Positions 1 to 8,610 of a stretch of 52,799 bases of DNA are shown in pieces. Source of the DNA: a virus (taxonomy: Duplodnaviria > Caudoviricetes); the IMG/VR virus record IMGVR_UViG_3300030410_000060, positions 1 to 52,799 of that record; one strand, 5' to 3'. The notes below the pieces were generated by a model. It made no database searches, had not been told where the DNA came from, and saw only the letters and a list, made by a program, of their open reading frames with translations. Numbering within the stretch: position 1 is the stretch's first letter; each line of letters begins with the position of its first letter. Position numbers and translations under genes: made by a program.

Positions 1-1
1 G

Positions 2-64
2 GGGTCGGGGTCGGGGTCGCGGTCGTGGTCGCGGTCGGGGTCGCGGTCGTGGTCGTCCAAATGA
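2..64 (+). repeat. Hexamer tandem repeat (TCG-NGG)n: 3' end of a Ser/Gly/Arg/Trp low-complexity ORF truncated by the window edge
   Basis: Frame from nt 2 reads GSGSGSRSWSRSGSRSWSSK-stop; TGA (62-64) overlaps the next ATG (61-63). Confidence 0.75.
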
Positions 65-348
65 GCACCCTAACCCAAGAGATCCGCAAGGCGCTTAATA
101 AAATTGAAGAGCCATGTAAATGTCCAAAGGATGATTGGAGATGTGAAACTGTTCGAGAGTTTCAAGTTAACGCCCCGACATGGCTCGCGGCTCTTTGCAC
201 TAGGGTTGAGGAGCTGGAGTTATTTTCTAAAGTTCTAATAGAAGAAGCGGACCCGTATGGTTTAGAGGAATACTTCGTGACAGTGAGAGTTTGCGACTTT
301 AATAGCTTAGAAAAAGCCCTGCGCGGGTCGGATGAGAGGGACAAATGA
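61..348 (+). CDS. Hypothetical phage protein (95 aa)
   Basis: ATG at 61 (MSTLTQEIRK) with ATGA overlaps at both ends; the ORF-track extension 25-60 is just the repeat. Confidence 0.7.
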   Translation: MSTLTQEIRKALNKIEEPCKCPKDDWRCETVREFQVNAPTWLAALCTRVEELELFSKVLIEEADPYGLEEYFVTVRVCDFNSLEKALRGSDERDK

Positions 349-452
349 TAGGATGGGCAGGGTCAATTTTAATGTCGCTACGCGCTTTCCCCCAGGCAAC
401 TAAATCTTGGAGGGACGGACGTAGCAGATGGAAAAGCGTATCGAAAAGTTAG
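345..452 (+). pseudogene. 5' fragment of a PQ-loop (SemiSWEET-like) membrane protein gene
   Basis: Reads MIGWAGSILMSLRAFPQATKSWRDG, matching the PQ-loop TM1+PQ pattern, then runs into unrelated sequence and stops. Confidence 0.65.
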
Positions 453-519
453 TTGTAGTTGGTCGATACGCGACTGGTCTTTTTACCAACCGAAAAATAA
501 GAAAGTAGGAAGAAAATGA
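418..519 (+). pseudogene. 3' fragment of a homolog of the small basic protein at 22558-22758
   Basis: DVADGKAYRKVSCSWSIRDW..KVGRK-stop vs DVASGRSYRKVSCSWSICDY..RGRNK; no in-frame start; stop overlaps ATG 516. Confidence 0.75.
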
Positions 520-1133
520 AGCTGAATAACGACTTGCTTGTCCTCGACCTAGAAACCACCTCAGCCCAAGATGAACATGGCTATCAAACAAATAACGACA
601 TCATTCAAATAGGCGCTGTGCTGCTCAATCGTCAACTTACACCTATTGCGTCTTATGACAGCCTGGTAAAGCCTCGTGAGCAGGTGAGTGAGTATATCAC
701 CCAGCTTACGGGTATAACAGATGAAGCAGCGCAAGCAGCGCGGCCCTTTCCTACAGTAATCGCCGAATTAGAAGCCTTTGTCACAAGTCGTGTTGCGAAT
801 ATAAAAAATGTGCGGCTGTGCGCTTGGGGTACCTACTTTGACATCCCAATACTTAGGCGCTTGTACAAAGAACACCTGCTACAATTCCCATTCAGCGGTA
901 CGGCCTTTGATGTGAAAACAATGGCGATGATGTACATGAGTTTATCAGGACGACGAACGGATAAGCTTTCTGTACAACATGTAGCCAATATACTGTCCTT
1001 GGAGCCGTCAGGCTCCTATCACGATGCTTTGGTTGATGCGAAGATGGAAGCGCGTATTCTAAAGCGCATATTTGACGACCTGGATGGCGGCACCTATGTC
1101 AATGGCAAACTCTTAAAGATAATTAACAAGTAA
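516..1133 (+). CDS. DEDDh 3'-5' exonuclease (DnaQ / ERI-1-KapD-like)
   Basis: ExoI LVLDLETT, LTGIT, ExoII AWGTYFD, ExoIII HDALVDA. Confidence 0.9.
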   Translation: MKLNNDLLVLDLETTSAQDEHGYQTNNDIIQIGAVLLNRQLTPIASYDSLVKPREQVSEYITQLTGITDEAAQAARPFPTVIAELEAFVTSRVANIKNVRLCAWGTYFDIPILRRLYKEHLLQFPFSGTAFDVKTMAMMYMSLSGRRTDKLSVQHVANILSLEPSGSYHDALVDAKMEARILKRIFDDLDGGTYVNGKLLKIINK

Positions 1134-1162
1134 CTAAGAGAGTAATATTTTTTTACAGAAAA

Positions 1163-1183
1163 AGTTGACTAAGATGGTCAACT
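1163..1183. promoter_or_regulatory. Inverted repeat AGTTGAC-N7-GTCAACT (possible operator or hairpin)
   Basis: Perfect 7-bp arms in AT-rich intergenic DNA upstream of ORF 1199. Confidence 0.35.
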
Positions 1184-1198
1184 AATTTCAAGGATGAT

Positions 1199-1456
1199 AT
1201 GAGAGCAGTAGTTTTTGAAGGTGCGGTTTTTGGTGATCTTACTGTGGTCCAACGTGAAACTGATAAGGTCTACAAAAAGGGAAATAGGATAGCCATGTGG
1301 TTTATTGGGGAGGTCCTAACCCTTTACGCGGTGTGGCCCTTCGCCATTGGTTTTTTATTATTTAATTACGTTATGAATATCCTTTTTTTAATTGTTATAC
1401 TATGGTATAAACTTAGTAAGAGGGACCCTTATGATAAAAATCAAAGTAGGCAATAG
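1199..1456 (+). CDS. Chimeric ORF: homing-endonuclease-like N-terminus fused to the 3' half of a PQ-loop membrane protein
   Basis: GAVFGDLTVVQR...IAMW resembles the GxxFGxLTV..W(xCxC) start of phage HNH/AP2 proteins; MWFIGEVLTL..LLFNYVMNILFLIVILWYKL resembles PQ-loop TM2-TM3. Confidence 0.6.
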   Translation: MRAVVFEGAVFGDLTVVQRETDKVYKKGNRIAMWFIGEVLTLYAVWPFAIGFLLFNYVMNILFLIVILWYKLSKRDPYDKNQSRQ

Positions 1457-2744
1457 CACGAGTAAAGTCACCGGGTTGACAAATAAGCAATTTGGCGACC
1501 TCTCTAAACTGATGTCTTACGATATTGACCCCTCCGCTGCCTACTTCTCAGGGCGCGCTCACAATACCCGGAGGTCTCTTTTATCTAGACAAGGCGAATT
1601 CCCTACAGGCTTAGAATATCTATTCTGGCAATGGAAGAGCACGATCTTAGACGATATCGAAGTAGTGGACTCCCGTAAGCGTCCTAAGGCTGACGCTAAT
1701 CTAGAGCTAAACCTCCCTTTCGTCCCCTACCCTGCCCAATTGGAAGCGGCTGTCGCGGCTGAGAAGTACGCTCGAGGTATTCTTTGCGCTCCGACGGGCT
1801 CGGGAAAGAGCGTCATTATCGCCCTGATTATCTGGCGTCTTCAGGTACCTACCCTAGTGGTAGTCCCTAGCCTTGAGCTTAAGCGCCAGCTCACCGAGTC
1901 GCTTAGGGCTTGTTTTGGAAGGCTGCATCACATCACGGTAGAAAACGTAGACGCCCTTAACCCTGAGGTAGTGGATGCTAAGCATAAGTGCGTTATTATT
2001 GACGAGTTTCACCATAGTGCCGCTAAGACCTACCGGGAGCTGAATAAAAAGGCTTGGAAAAATATCTATTATCGTTTTGGCATGACAGCTACCCCCTTTC
2101 GCTCCCTAGATAACGAAAAGATACTCCTCGAGTCGGTGTTATCTCAGGTTATCTATGACCTACCCTACGGCCTAGCGGTATTAAGTAAATTCATTGTACC
2201 GGTAGAGGCTTATTATTGCGAAGTCCCTAAAGTGACCCCTATGAAGGGTAATGATAGGGACTGGGCGACAGTCTACAGCGAGCTTATCGTTAATAACAAA
2301 GCTAGGAACACCGCTATTGCAGAGATTCTTTTTAGGCTCACTTGCGCGGACGTCCCGACCCTCTGCCTTGTCAAAGAGATTAAGCACGGTAGAATCCTCT
2401 CCGACCTCACCGGAGTACCCTTCGCTAACGGTAAGGACGGAAAGAGCCAAGAGCTAATACGTCAGTTTAACACCGGACAGATTACCTCCCTGATAGGCAC
2501 CGACGGGGTTATAGGCGAGGGGGTAGACACGAAGCCCGCTGAGTTTATCCTCCTAGCTAGTACTGGTAAGAGTAAAACCCAGTTTATGCAGAACTGCGGG
2601 AGGGGCATGAGGGTACATAAGTCAAAAGAGTCGGCTAAGGTGATACTTTTTAAAGACACAAGTCATAAATATTTAACTAGACATTTTAACTCTTGTATGC
2701 TCTACTTAAGAGACGAATACGGAGTTAAGGCAGGAAAACTGTAA
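1431..2744 (+). CDS. Superfamily 2 DExH helicase (UvsW/ResIII-like)
   Basis: Walker A APTGSGKS, DEFH, TAT, GEGVD, QNCGRGMR; ATG 1431 follows AGAGGG. Confidence 0.92.
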   Translation: MIKIKVGNSTSKVTGLTNKQFGDLSKLMSYDIDPSAAYFSGRAHNTRRSLLSRQGEFPTGLEYLFWQWKSTILDDIEVVDSRKRPKADANLELNLPFVPYPAQLEAAVAAEKYARGILCAPTGSGKSVIIALIIWRLQVPTLVVVPSLELKRQLTESLRACFGRLHHITVENVDALNPEVVDAKHKCVIIDEFHHSAAKTYRELNKKAWKNIYYRFGMTATPFRSLDNEKILLESVLSQVIYDLPYGLAVLSKFIVPVEAYYCEVPKVTPMKGNDRDWATVYSELIVNNKARNTAIAEILFRLTCADVPTLCLVKEIKHGRILSDLTGVPFANGKDGKSQELIRQFNTGQITSLIGTDGVIGEGVDTKPAEFILLASTGKSKTQFMQNCGRGMRVHKSKESAKVILFKDTSHKYLTRHFNSCMLYLRDEYGVKAGKL

Positions 2745-2755
2745 AGGGGAGAGTT

Positions 2756-2986
2756 ATGGAATGTCCAATTTGTGATACAGAAATGATTTTAGCCCTGGCC
2801 ACTAACTTCGGTTCTAGCTACTATTATTGCCGGAGCTGTAAGAAAGAGCTAGCCGAAATGTCGCCTTTCTCCCCTAAAGCTGAGCCCCTAGTGTGTAAGC
2901 ATTCGAACATATACTATTTTTATCCCGGGTTTGGGTCTACTCTATTCACTAAGAAATGCATCAATTGCGGAACAACAGTACTATGA
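2756..2986 (+). CDS. Small zinc-ribbon protein
   Basis: CPIC, CRSC, CKH, CINC; GGGAGAG RBS. Confidence 0.7.
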   Translation: MECPICDTEMILALATNFGSSYYYCRSCKKELAEMSPFSPKAEPLVCKHSNIYYFYPGFGSTLFTKKCINCGTTVL

Positions 2987-3426
2987 AAATAAATGACGCA
3001 GGACTTAAAATAATTAAAAGCTGCGAAGGCTTAGTTTTAATGGTCTACCCGGACCCAGGCACTAAGGCTAGGCCCTATACCGCTGGGTATGGGCACGCAG
3101 GTAAGGACGTCCAAAGCATGAAGATAGGAGACCCTATTACCGAGGCTCAGGCCGACGCTTGGCTCCTACAAGATTTATCTAGTGTCGAGGCGGCGGTAAC
3201 TCATTACCTAGGACCCACGTCGGTGACAGAAAACCAGTTCTCTGCCCTTGTCTCATTTGCCTATAACATAGGTTCATGGGCCACTACAACCCTATTCCAG
3301 TTAGTGAAAGCAGGGCAGCCTAAAACTGCTGCTAATCACTTTCCCCTCTATTGCACCGCTGCTGGGCATACGCTCCCGGGGCTACTTAAGCGTAGGAAGC
3401 TAGAACAGGCTTTGTTTAATAGTTAG
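2983..3426 (+). CDS. Endolysin, GH24 phage lysozyme
   Basis: EG..YPD..TAGYGH catalytic E/D/T, QFSALVSFAYNIG, LPGLLKRRKLE; ATGA overlap at 2983. Confidence 0.93.
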   Translation: MKINDAGLKIIKSCEGLVLMVYPDPGTKARPYTAGYGHAGKDVQSMKIGDPITEAQADAWLLQDLSSVEAAVTHYLGPTSVTENQFSALVSFAYNIGSWATTTLFQLVKAGQPKTAANHFPLYCTAAGHTLPGLLKRRKLEQALFNS

Positions 3427-4105
3427 CTAAGAAAGTCTGGATATCAGAGAGGCGCACCATATAGTGGAAGCCTCCGCCCGTCATAGAGGCAATGCCCACG
3501 AGTTGGCCCTTAGCATTAACGACAGCTCCGCCGCTGCTCCCTGGGACGATCTCAGCGGTGATGACGGTTTCTTTCACTAGCATAAAACACATACCGGTAT
3601 TGCCTAAAGGTAAAAACATGTATTTAGATTGGCTAACACAGCTATCATACTCCGCTTGTGATGTAACGACAGACGGAGGAGCGTTAACCACGGTATCCTC
3701 TACGATAACGCCTGTAGTTTGATAGGTATCGTGCCCTCGGCCATGAGTGAAAGTCCTAACCCCTTCAAACCTTTCAGATTTTAGTGCTATTCCGAGTCCG
3801 TTTTCGTCTGGGAGGCCCTCGAGGAGCAATAAATCAGAATTAGCGTCTTCCTCTATCACGCGTCTACTCAAATGCCGCTTGTCCTCGGTGATCACCGTCA
3901 TGCTCCCGTCTTTAGCTAAGTGACTACAATGCCCAGCCGTTAAGATATAGGGAGTACCGGAGGGCCCCTTAACTTGAATGCCGCTACACTGCCCTTTCTC
4001 AGACTTGAGCATAACGACATTGTTTCTAATATAGCGGTCTGACTTTCCGCAGGAGGCGATAGCGAGGAGTACGAGTAAAAGGGATACTGCTTTAGTAAAT
4101 GACAT
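3416..4105 (-). CDS. Trypsin-like (S1) serine protease with predicted lipoprotein signal
   Basis: LTAGHC, DLLLL, PGSSGGAV triad; N-terminal hydrophobic stretch ending LAIASC. Confidence 0.88.
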   Translation of the reverse strand: MSFTKAVSLLLVLLAIASCGKSDRYIRNNVVMLKSEKGQCSGIQVKGPSGTPYILTAGHCSHLAKDGSMTVITEDKRHLSRRVIEEDANSDLLLLEGLPDENGLGIALKSERFEGVRTFTHGRGHDTYQTTGVIVEDTVVNAPPSVVTSQAEYDSCVSQSKYMFLPLGNTGMCFMLVKETVITAEIVPGSSGGAVVNAKGQLVGIASMTGGGFHYMVRLSDIQTFLANY

Positions 4106-4113
4106 ATAGTTCC

Positions 4114-4326
4114 TTATTTTTTAGCGTAGTTCATGATAATCACTATGGCGGCGGGCACCAAGCCCCCTAAAACTCCCCACACCCCCGCTTTAACCTTTAA
4201 TGTCGCGATATCTATAGAGATATTCTTAACGTCCTTGTTTAAGGACTCCTGCGCTTCGTTTAGGCGCTTAAGCTCGTTTAAAACGTGGTTAGACCACACT
4301 ACCCAGGAGTCTCTATCGCTTTCCAT
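4114..4326 (-). CDS. Holin-like small membrane protein (coiled coil + C-terminal TM)
   Basis: Heptad-like middle, hydrophobic AGVWGVLGGLVPAAIVIIM, basic tail; lies at end of late operon. Confidence 0.55.
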   Translation of the reverse strand: MESDRDSWVVWSNHVLNELKRLNEAQESLNKDVKNISIDIATLKVKAGVWGVLGGLVPAAIVIIMNYAKK

Positions 4327-4720
4327 GACGTATCTCCAAATCGGTTACGTCCATAGCGGTGGCGTAACTTAGTCCCTTATCAAACTGAGGAGAGGACCAA
4401 AGCAAAACCTTATAGCTCCCGTCCTTACACCGGTATCTATTCATAAACCCTGAGATCTTCTCTCCCAATACCATTTTTGCGGCGGTGGCGATAGTGTCTG
4501 CTAAATCGTCCGGGTGAACGAAGTCAATCCATGCCTTGTTAGTCAGCTCTTCAAAGGACCAACCTAGAGTATTAGTCCAGCAAGGATTCACTTTAATGAA
4601 ACGACCATCGATCTGAGCGATACAAAACAGAGCGGTGGAAGAATTGAAGAACAAAGAAAGCAGTGTTTCTGCATCGGCTAGTTTCTTAGTGAGTTCCTCT
4701 AGTTTAATTAAGTTATGCAT
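4313..4720 (-). CDS. Stand-alone PAS-domain protein
   Basis: DGRFIKVNPCWTNTLGWSFEEL, FVHPDD, NRYRCKDGSYKVLLW, AMDVT; ATG at 4720. Confidence 0.88.
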   Translation of the reverse strand: MHNLIKLEELTKKLADAETLLSLFFNSSTALFCIAQIDGRFIKVNPCWTNTLGWSFEELTNKAWIDFVHPDDLADTIATAAKMVLGEKISGFMNRYRCKDGSYKVLLWSSPQFDKGLSYATAMDVTDLEIRHGKR

Positions 4721-4724
4721 ATAG

Positions 4725-5522
4725 TTAAAAGAATGGGAAAAAACTCGAAATGGCTGGGTTAAAAGCTGGAGGAGCAACACCGCTTGATTTTAAAATCAAC
4801 GGTCTGGGCCTACACATTACAAATGGGTCTTCAGCTAGCTTTGATACCATTGATGCAGAAAGTGCTTTTTTCCAGCCAGCAAACTGGTAATAAATAAAAC
4901 TCGAAGCTGACCCCCCCCCTGTATTGTTACCTCCTAGATGAAGGACAGCACCGGATACTGCTGTATTAGAACCGGAAATAGTTGATGATTTTATAAAGAC
5001 ACCATTTACATAAAACTTTATTGAATTACTGGGTAAATCATAAGTTATCGTGAAAATATAAGTTCCACCGACTACAAAGCCAGTAGGTACAAATCCATTA
5101 TTGGCTCCCATGCCAGCCACAGCCGCGCCACCTCCGATGTCCATGTAACTTATGTTTCCGGATGCATCCATAAAACAAGTTATGTCTTTTCCGCTTGGCC
5201 CAGTTGAACGGTCAAAAAGACAATTGTAATTAGCACCTAGAGATACTACATTAAAAACAATTTGTATTGACCAACTACTTCCACCATAGGCAACGGTATC
5301 AGCAAAATTAGTAAGTACGCTTGGTGTACTACCTGATAGTCCATAACCAAAGACACTATTTGACCACACGGGAGAACCAGTAAACGTGCCTTGAACTGTG
5401 CTTTGATTTGATACTTCTGTTGGCTTACCAGAGCCTTCATGTAGAGGGACAAAATCAATAATATCTTGTGAATAGATACTGCTTTGATTTAATCGGCAAA
5501 ATGAAGGTTTTGAATACGCCAT
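4725..5522 (-). CDS. LamG/ConA-like lectin-domain protein (putative receptor-binding protein)
   Basis: SWSIQIVFN, FTITYD..IKFYVNG, LHLGG, WKKALSASMVSKL. Confidence 0.75.
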   Translation of the reverse strand: MAYSKPSFCRLNQSSIYSQDIIDFVPLHEGSGKPTEVSNQSTVQGTFTGSPVWSNSVFGYGLSGSTPSVLTNFADTVAYGGSSWSIQIVFNVVSLGANYNCLFDRSTGPSGKDITCFMDASGNISYMDIGGGAAVAGMGANNGFVPTGFVVGGTYIFTITYDLPSNSIKFYVNGVFIKSSTISGSNTAVSGAVLHLGGNNTGGGSASSFIYYQFAGWKKALSASMVSKLAEDPFVMCRPRPLILKSSGVAPPAFNPAISSFFPFF

Positions 5523-5533
5523 ATTAATTCACC

Positions 5534-5902
5534 CTAAATTCCAGTCACCTGAGAAATATCAGCATCTAGAGTGGTTGCTTGCCCTGTGTTTGAACCGCTC
5601 ACGATTCTTAATCGAGCCACACCGATTGGGATGTCGATTGACCAGCTAGAGACACCATTGTTTGAAACGCCTCCCGTCAGTGGCCCACCAAAATTAGTAA
5701 ACAGAGTTCCTGCCACATCATTGGCTACTTGGATCTGAGCCTGTCCTGCGATTGTGGGTCCTGTGCCACCGTTCGTGATTTGTATATCGAGCTGCGCTCC
5801 GTATCCAGCACTTAAGTCAATCGCTGTGCTGTTGACGTTTCCAGCAGAAGCGGTCATAACGACCCCAGAGGCTATATTTGTTCTGACTTTTGTAGATGCC
5901 AT
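5534..5902 (-). CDS. Small beta-rich virion protein, distant paralog of the fibre adaptors
   Basis: S.AIDL..QIQVAND..F..ARLRIV pattern parallels 8203-8568 and 10737-11144. Confidence 0.55.
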   Translation of the reverse strand: MASTKVRTNIASGVVMTASAGNVNSTAIDLSAGYGAQLDIQITNGGTGPTIAGQAQIQVANDVAGTLFTNFGGPLTGGVSNNGVSSWSIDIPIGVARLRIVSGSNTGQATTLDADISQVTGI

Positions 5903-6198
5903 TAGGTGCTCACTCCTGCGAATGCATTAAACATGGAGCTTACAGTTGTATCCAAATCATTATCAACCGGGCTCATCCCCTGATTGGCCACGGTTACGTT
6001 TGTGTAGACGGCAACAGTGTATTCCTGAACGTTAGCTGTTCCAGCTAAAACCTTGTTTGCGTACGAAACCCTTAAAGCGTGTCCAATGGTTGTATTCACT
6101 TCACCCATAACCGCAATTGCAGCTTTGATCATATAGTAGTTAACCCGATCCTGAATATCGTTGTTGTTGGCGGCTGTCATGTATAAGCTTGCAGACAT
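5902..6198 (-). CDS. Hypothetical tail-associated protein (possible fibre chaperone)
   Basis: Directly follows fibre gene; TAATG coupling to next gene. Confidence 0.55.
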   Translation of the reverse strand: MSASLYMTAANNNDIQDRVNYYMIKAAIAVMGEVNTTIGHALRVSYANKVLAGTANVQEYTVAVYTNVTVANQGMSPVDNDLDTTVSSMFNAFAGVST

Positions 6199-6201
6199 AA
6201 A

Positions 6202-8202
6202 TTAGTATCCTTTAATTAGGGAGATGACATCCCATGTGTTATCTGTTGAAGAATACTGACACCCCACGTAGTCAGTTTTTCCAGCAGTTGTTGTTAATGT
6301 TACAGTCGGTAAATCAGTACCAAGTCTAAATCCACCTGCACCGCCGGTTAGGGTGATAGTGCGAGTGCCTGTAGCGTCTTGTCTAAATCTAAACTCTAAT
6401 AGTTGACCGTCGGTAGGGGTACCGGTAGGAGCTAAGAGTGTTCTATTACCGGCTAGGGTCACTGCTCCCACGTCTGTCGTATCTGAGTTAACGGGGATTG
6501 TAGCGCCATCCACCAAGGTAACTACGCGTTTTGTAATCCTTTTATTAGTTAGGGTGTCCGTTGTTCCTCGAGCCACTAAAGTATCCGTGGCTGTAGGTAG
6601 CGTGATAGTACCGGTGTTAACGATAGTGGCTATTACCGGAGTAGTGAGGGTCGGAGATGTGCTGAGTACTACACTCCCCGTCCCGGTCGAAGTCGTTACG
6701 CCTGTTCCCCCGTTTAGTACCGGTAGGGCCGTGCCCGATAGAGTGACGGCTAATGTACCCGCTGTCGTTATAGGTGAGCCTGTCACCGTTAGGAAGGCAG
6801 GGACACTCATAGCCACTGAGGTAACGGTACCTGCTCCTGAGTAGGATTGTAATGAGTAGGTATAGCTCCAGGAGGCTGCGGTTGTTCCTGAAGTGAGGAT
6901 ACAAGTCACCGTCGAGACTGAGCTAGCAGGGAGGGTGACTATTGTATTTAAGCCGGAGGATTGGACTGTTACGGCTCCTGTGCTATTGTTTACTATAGTA
7001 AACGATTGTCCTAGTACTAGGGTACTAGTGACAGGGAAAACAACGGTTTGAGTTGTAGTACCGGTAAAGAACTGCTGCTCGGCACTTGCCACCGTTAGCG
7101 TGGTCGTAGCGGCTGCCGTGGCTGTTGTGGCAAAACCTACGACCAAGTTATTAAAAGTAGAGTTAGCGTTAACGTCTCGAGACACCAAGGTACTTGGAGT
7201 CGCAGCACTAGCATAGGCGAGAGAGGCTAGGTTCTTAGAGCCGTCCGTCACTACAGCCTGGGAAGCAGTGAGCCCCGATAGGTTTAAGCTAGTGCCCGTA
7301 GCTACACCGAGTACCGGTGTTACTAAGGTAGGGCTTGTATTCATTACAAATGTCGACCCTGTCCCTGTCTGAGAGGCTACAGACGTGGCATTACCGACGC
7401 TAGTGATAGGCCCTGTTAGATTAGCATTGGTCGTAACTGTTGAGGCATTGCCCGCAGTAGCTGCGTTAAGGTTGGCGACCTGGGTAGTTGAGGACACGAC
7501 GAGCGGAGGGGTCCCAGTTACCACGGTAGAGGTAAGTTGTCCTGAAACACTTAAGCTAGTCCCGGTAGCGGCACCGATTACTGGAGTAATCAGGGTCGGG
7601 GAGGTGTTCATAACGAACGTGGATCCTGTGCCGGTTTGAGAAGCTACCGAGGTAGCGTTACCGACTGAAGTAATCGGACCCGTTAAGTTCGCATTGGTCG
7701 TAACAGTCGAAGCATTTCCGGCAGTTGCGGCATTAAGATTAGCTACTTGAGTGGTAGAGGTCACTACGAAAGGCGCTGTACCTGTTGCTATAGTGGACGT
7801 GAGTTGACCGCTAAGAGATAAGCTAGTACCTGAGGCTGCACCTAAAATAGGGGTCACCAAGGTGGGAGAGGTAGAAAGGACAAGACTTCCCGTACCGGTA
7901 GAGGTTGTGGTGCCAGTACCCCCGTTTAAAACAGGCAGAGCGGTTCCAGAATAGCCTATAGCGAGCGTACCGCTAGAAGTAATAGGGGAGCCCGTAATAG
8001 ATAGAAACGAAGGCACTGTAGCGCCTACAGACGTCACCGAGCCGCCCCCGGATAATGAGGCGATCGTGAGGTTATTGCCTGAGGGGGTAATCGTTATATT
8101 AGTGCCAGCCACTAAGCTAACTGCGCCCACCAAGGTATTGAGGCTTGTCACCCCTCCCCCGCCGCCTCCGCTAACTACTGGCCATCTGGAATAAATACTC
8201 AT
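6202..8202 (-). CDS. Tail fibre protein 2 (T/G/S-rich, internal repeats)
   Basis: GSVTSV..LPVLNGGTG shaft modules, 89-aa tandem repeat, C-terminal QDATGTRTIT..TAGKTDYVG..WDVI domain. Confidence 0.85.
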   Translation of the reverse strand: MSIYSRWPVVSGGGGGGVTSLNTLVGAVSLVAGTNITITPSGNNLTIASLSGGGSVTSVGATVPSFLSITGSPITSSGTLAIGYSGTALPVLNGGTGTTTSTGTGSLVLSTSPTLVTPILGAASGTSLSLSGQLTSTIATGTAPFVVTSTTQVANLNAATAGNASTVTTNANLTGPITSVGNATSVASQTGTGSTFVMNTSPTLITPVIGAATGTSLSVSGQLTSTVVTGTPPLVVSSTTQVANLNAATAGNASTVTTNANLTGPITSVGNATSVASQTGTGSTFVMNTSPTLVTPVLGVATGTSLNLSGLTASQAVVTDGSKNLASLAYASAATPSTLVSRDVNANSTFNNLVVGFATTATAAATTTLTVASAEQQFFTGTTTQTVVFPVTSTLVLGQSFTIVNNSTGAVTVQSSGLNTIVTLPASSVSTVTCILTSGTTAASWSYTYSLQSYSGAGTVTSVAMSVPAFLTVTGSPITTAGTLAVTLSGTALPVLNGGTGVTTSTGTGSVVLSTSPTLTTPVIATIVNTGTITLPTATDTLVARGTTDTLTNKRITKRVVTLVDGATIPVNSDTTDVGAVTLAGNRTLLAPTGTPTDGQLLEFRFRQDATGTRTITLTGGAGGFRLGTDLPTVTLTTTAGKTDYVGCQYSSTDNTWDVISLIKGY
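7273..7872 (-). repeat. 267-bp (89-aa) tandem repeat in fibre 2; third copy at ~10171-10374 in fibre 1
   Basis: STTQVANLNAATAGNASTVTTNANLTGPITSVGNAT identical in all three copies. Confidence 0.9.
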
Positions 8203-8568
8203 TTAGACTCCCTTGCCGCCAATGAACACGTTTAAAGTACCTGTACCGCTAGTGGGAGTGTAAACCACTTGGATATAGGCAGCGGAAAGTTGATTGAGGT
8301 CGACATACGCTGTGTTAGCGGACCCCGTCGCAGTAATAGCAGGGCTGAGGGTGAGGGGTATCCAGTTACCGGGTACCGTGACATTCCCTTGAGCGTCTTG
8401 CTTATGGTCTAAGGACACCATGACGCTAAAGGTGCCCGTAGGGGTACCGGTCCAATTGAATTGGATACCAATATTATCCTGCTGCTTGGTCTCGACGGCG
8501 GCGCTAGTGATAGCTCCCGTCATGCTCGCGTTTTTAATAAGCTGAAAAAAATCAATATTATATGCCAT
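8203..8568 (-). CDS. Fibre-associated adaptor-like virion protein, paralog of 10737-11144
   Basis: Shared GIQFxWTGxPxGxF, PGNWxPL, YxDLxxLSAxxIxxVYTxTSGTGxLN. Confidence 0.75.
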   Translation of the reverse strand: MAYNIDFFQLIKNASMTGAITSAAVETKQQDNIGIQFNWTGTPTGTFSVMVSLDHKQDAQGNVTVPGNWIPLTLSPAITATGSANTAYVDLNQLSAAYIQVVYTPTSGTGTLNVFIGGKGV

Positions 8569-8610
8569 AAATTAAACTCCTATTACCATCCAAACGTTGC
8601 CCAATCCAGA

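Noticed and set aside
25-60. ORF-track N-terminal extension MVAVGVAVVVVQ as a signal peptide
   Set aside because: It is the off-frame reading of the hexamer repeat; ATG 61 with ATGA overlap is the better start
418-1294. Insert in the PQ-loop gene as an intron or IS element
   Set aside because: No group I/II core, terminal repeats, target duplication or transposase seen; both ends are fragments of other genes and some PQ-loop codons appear lost
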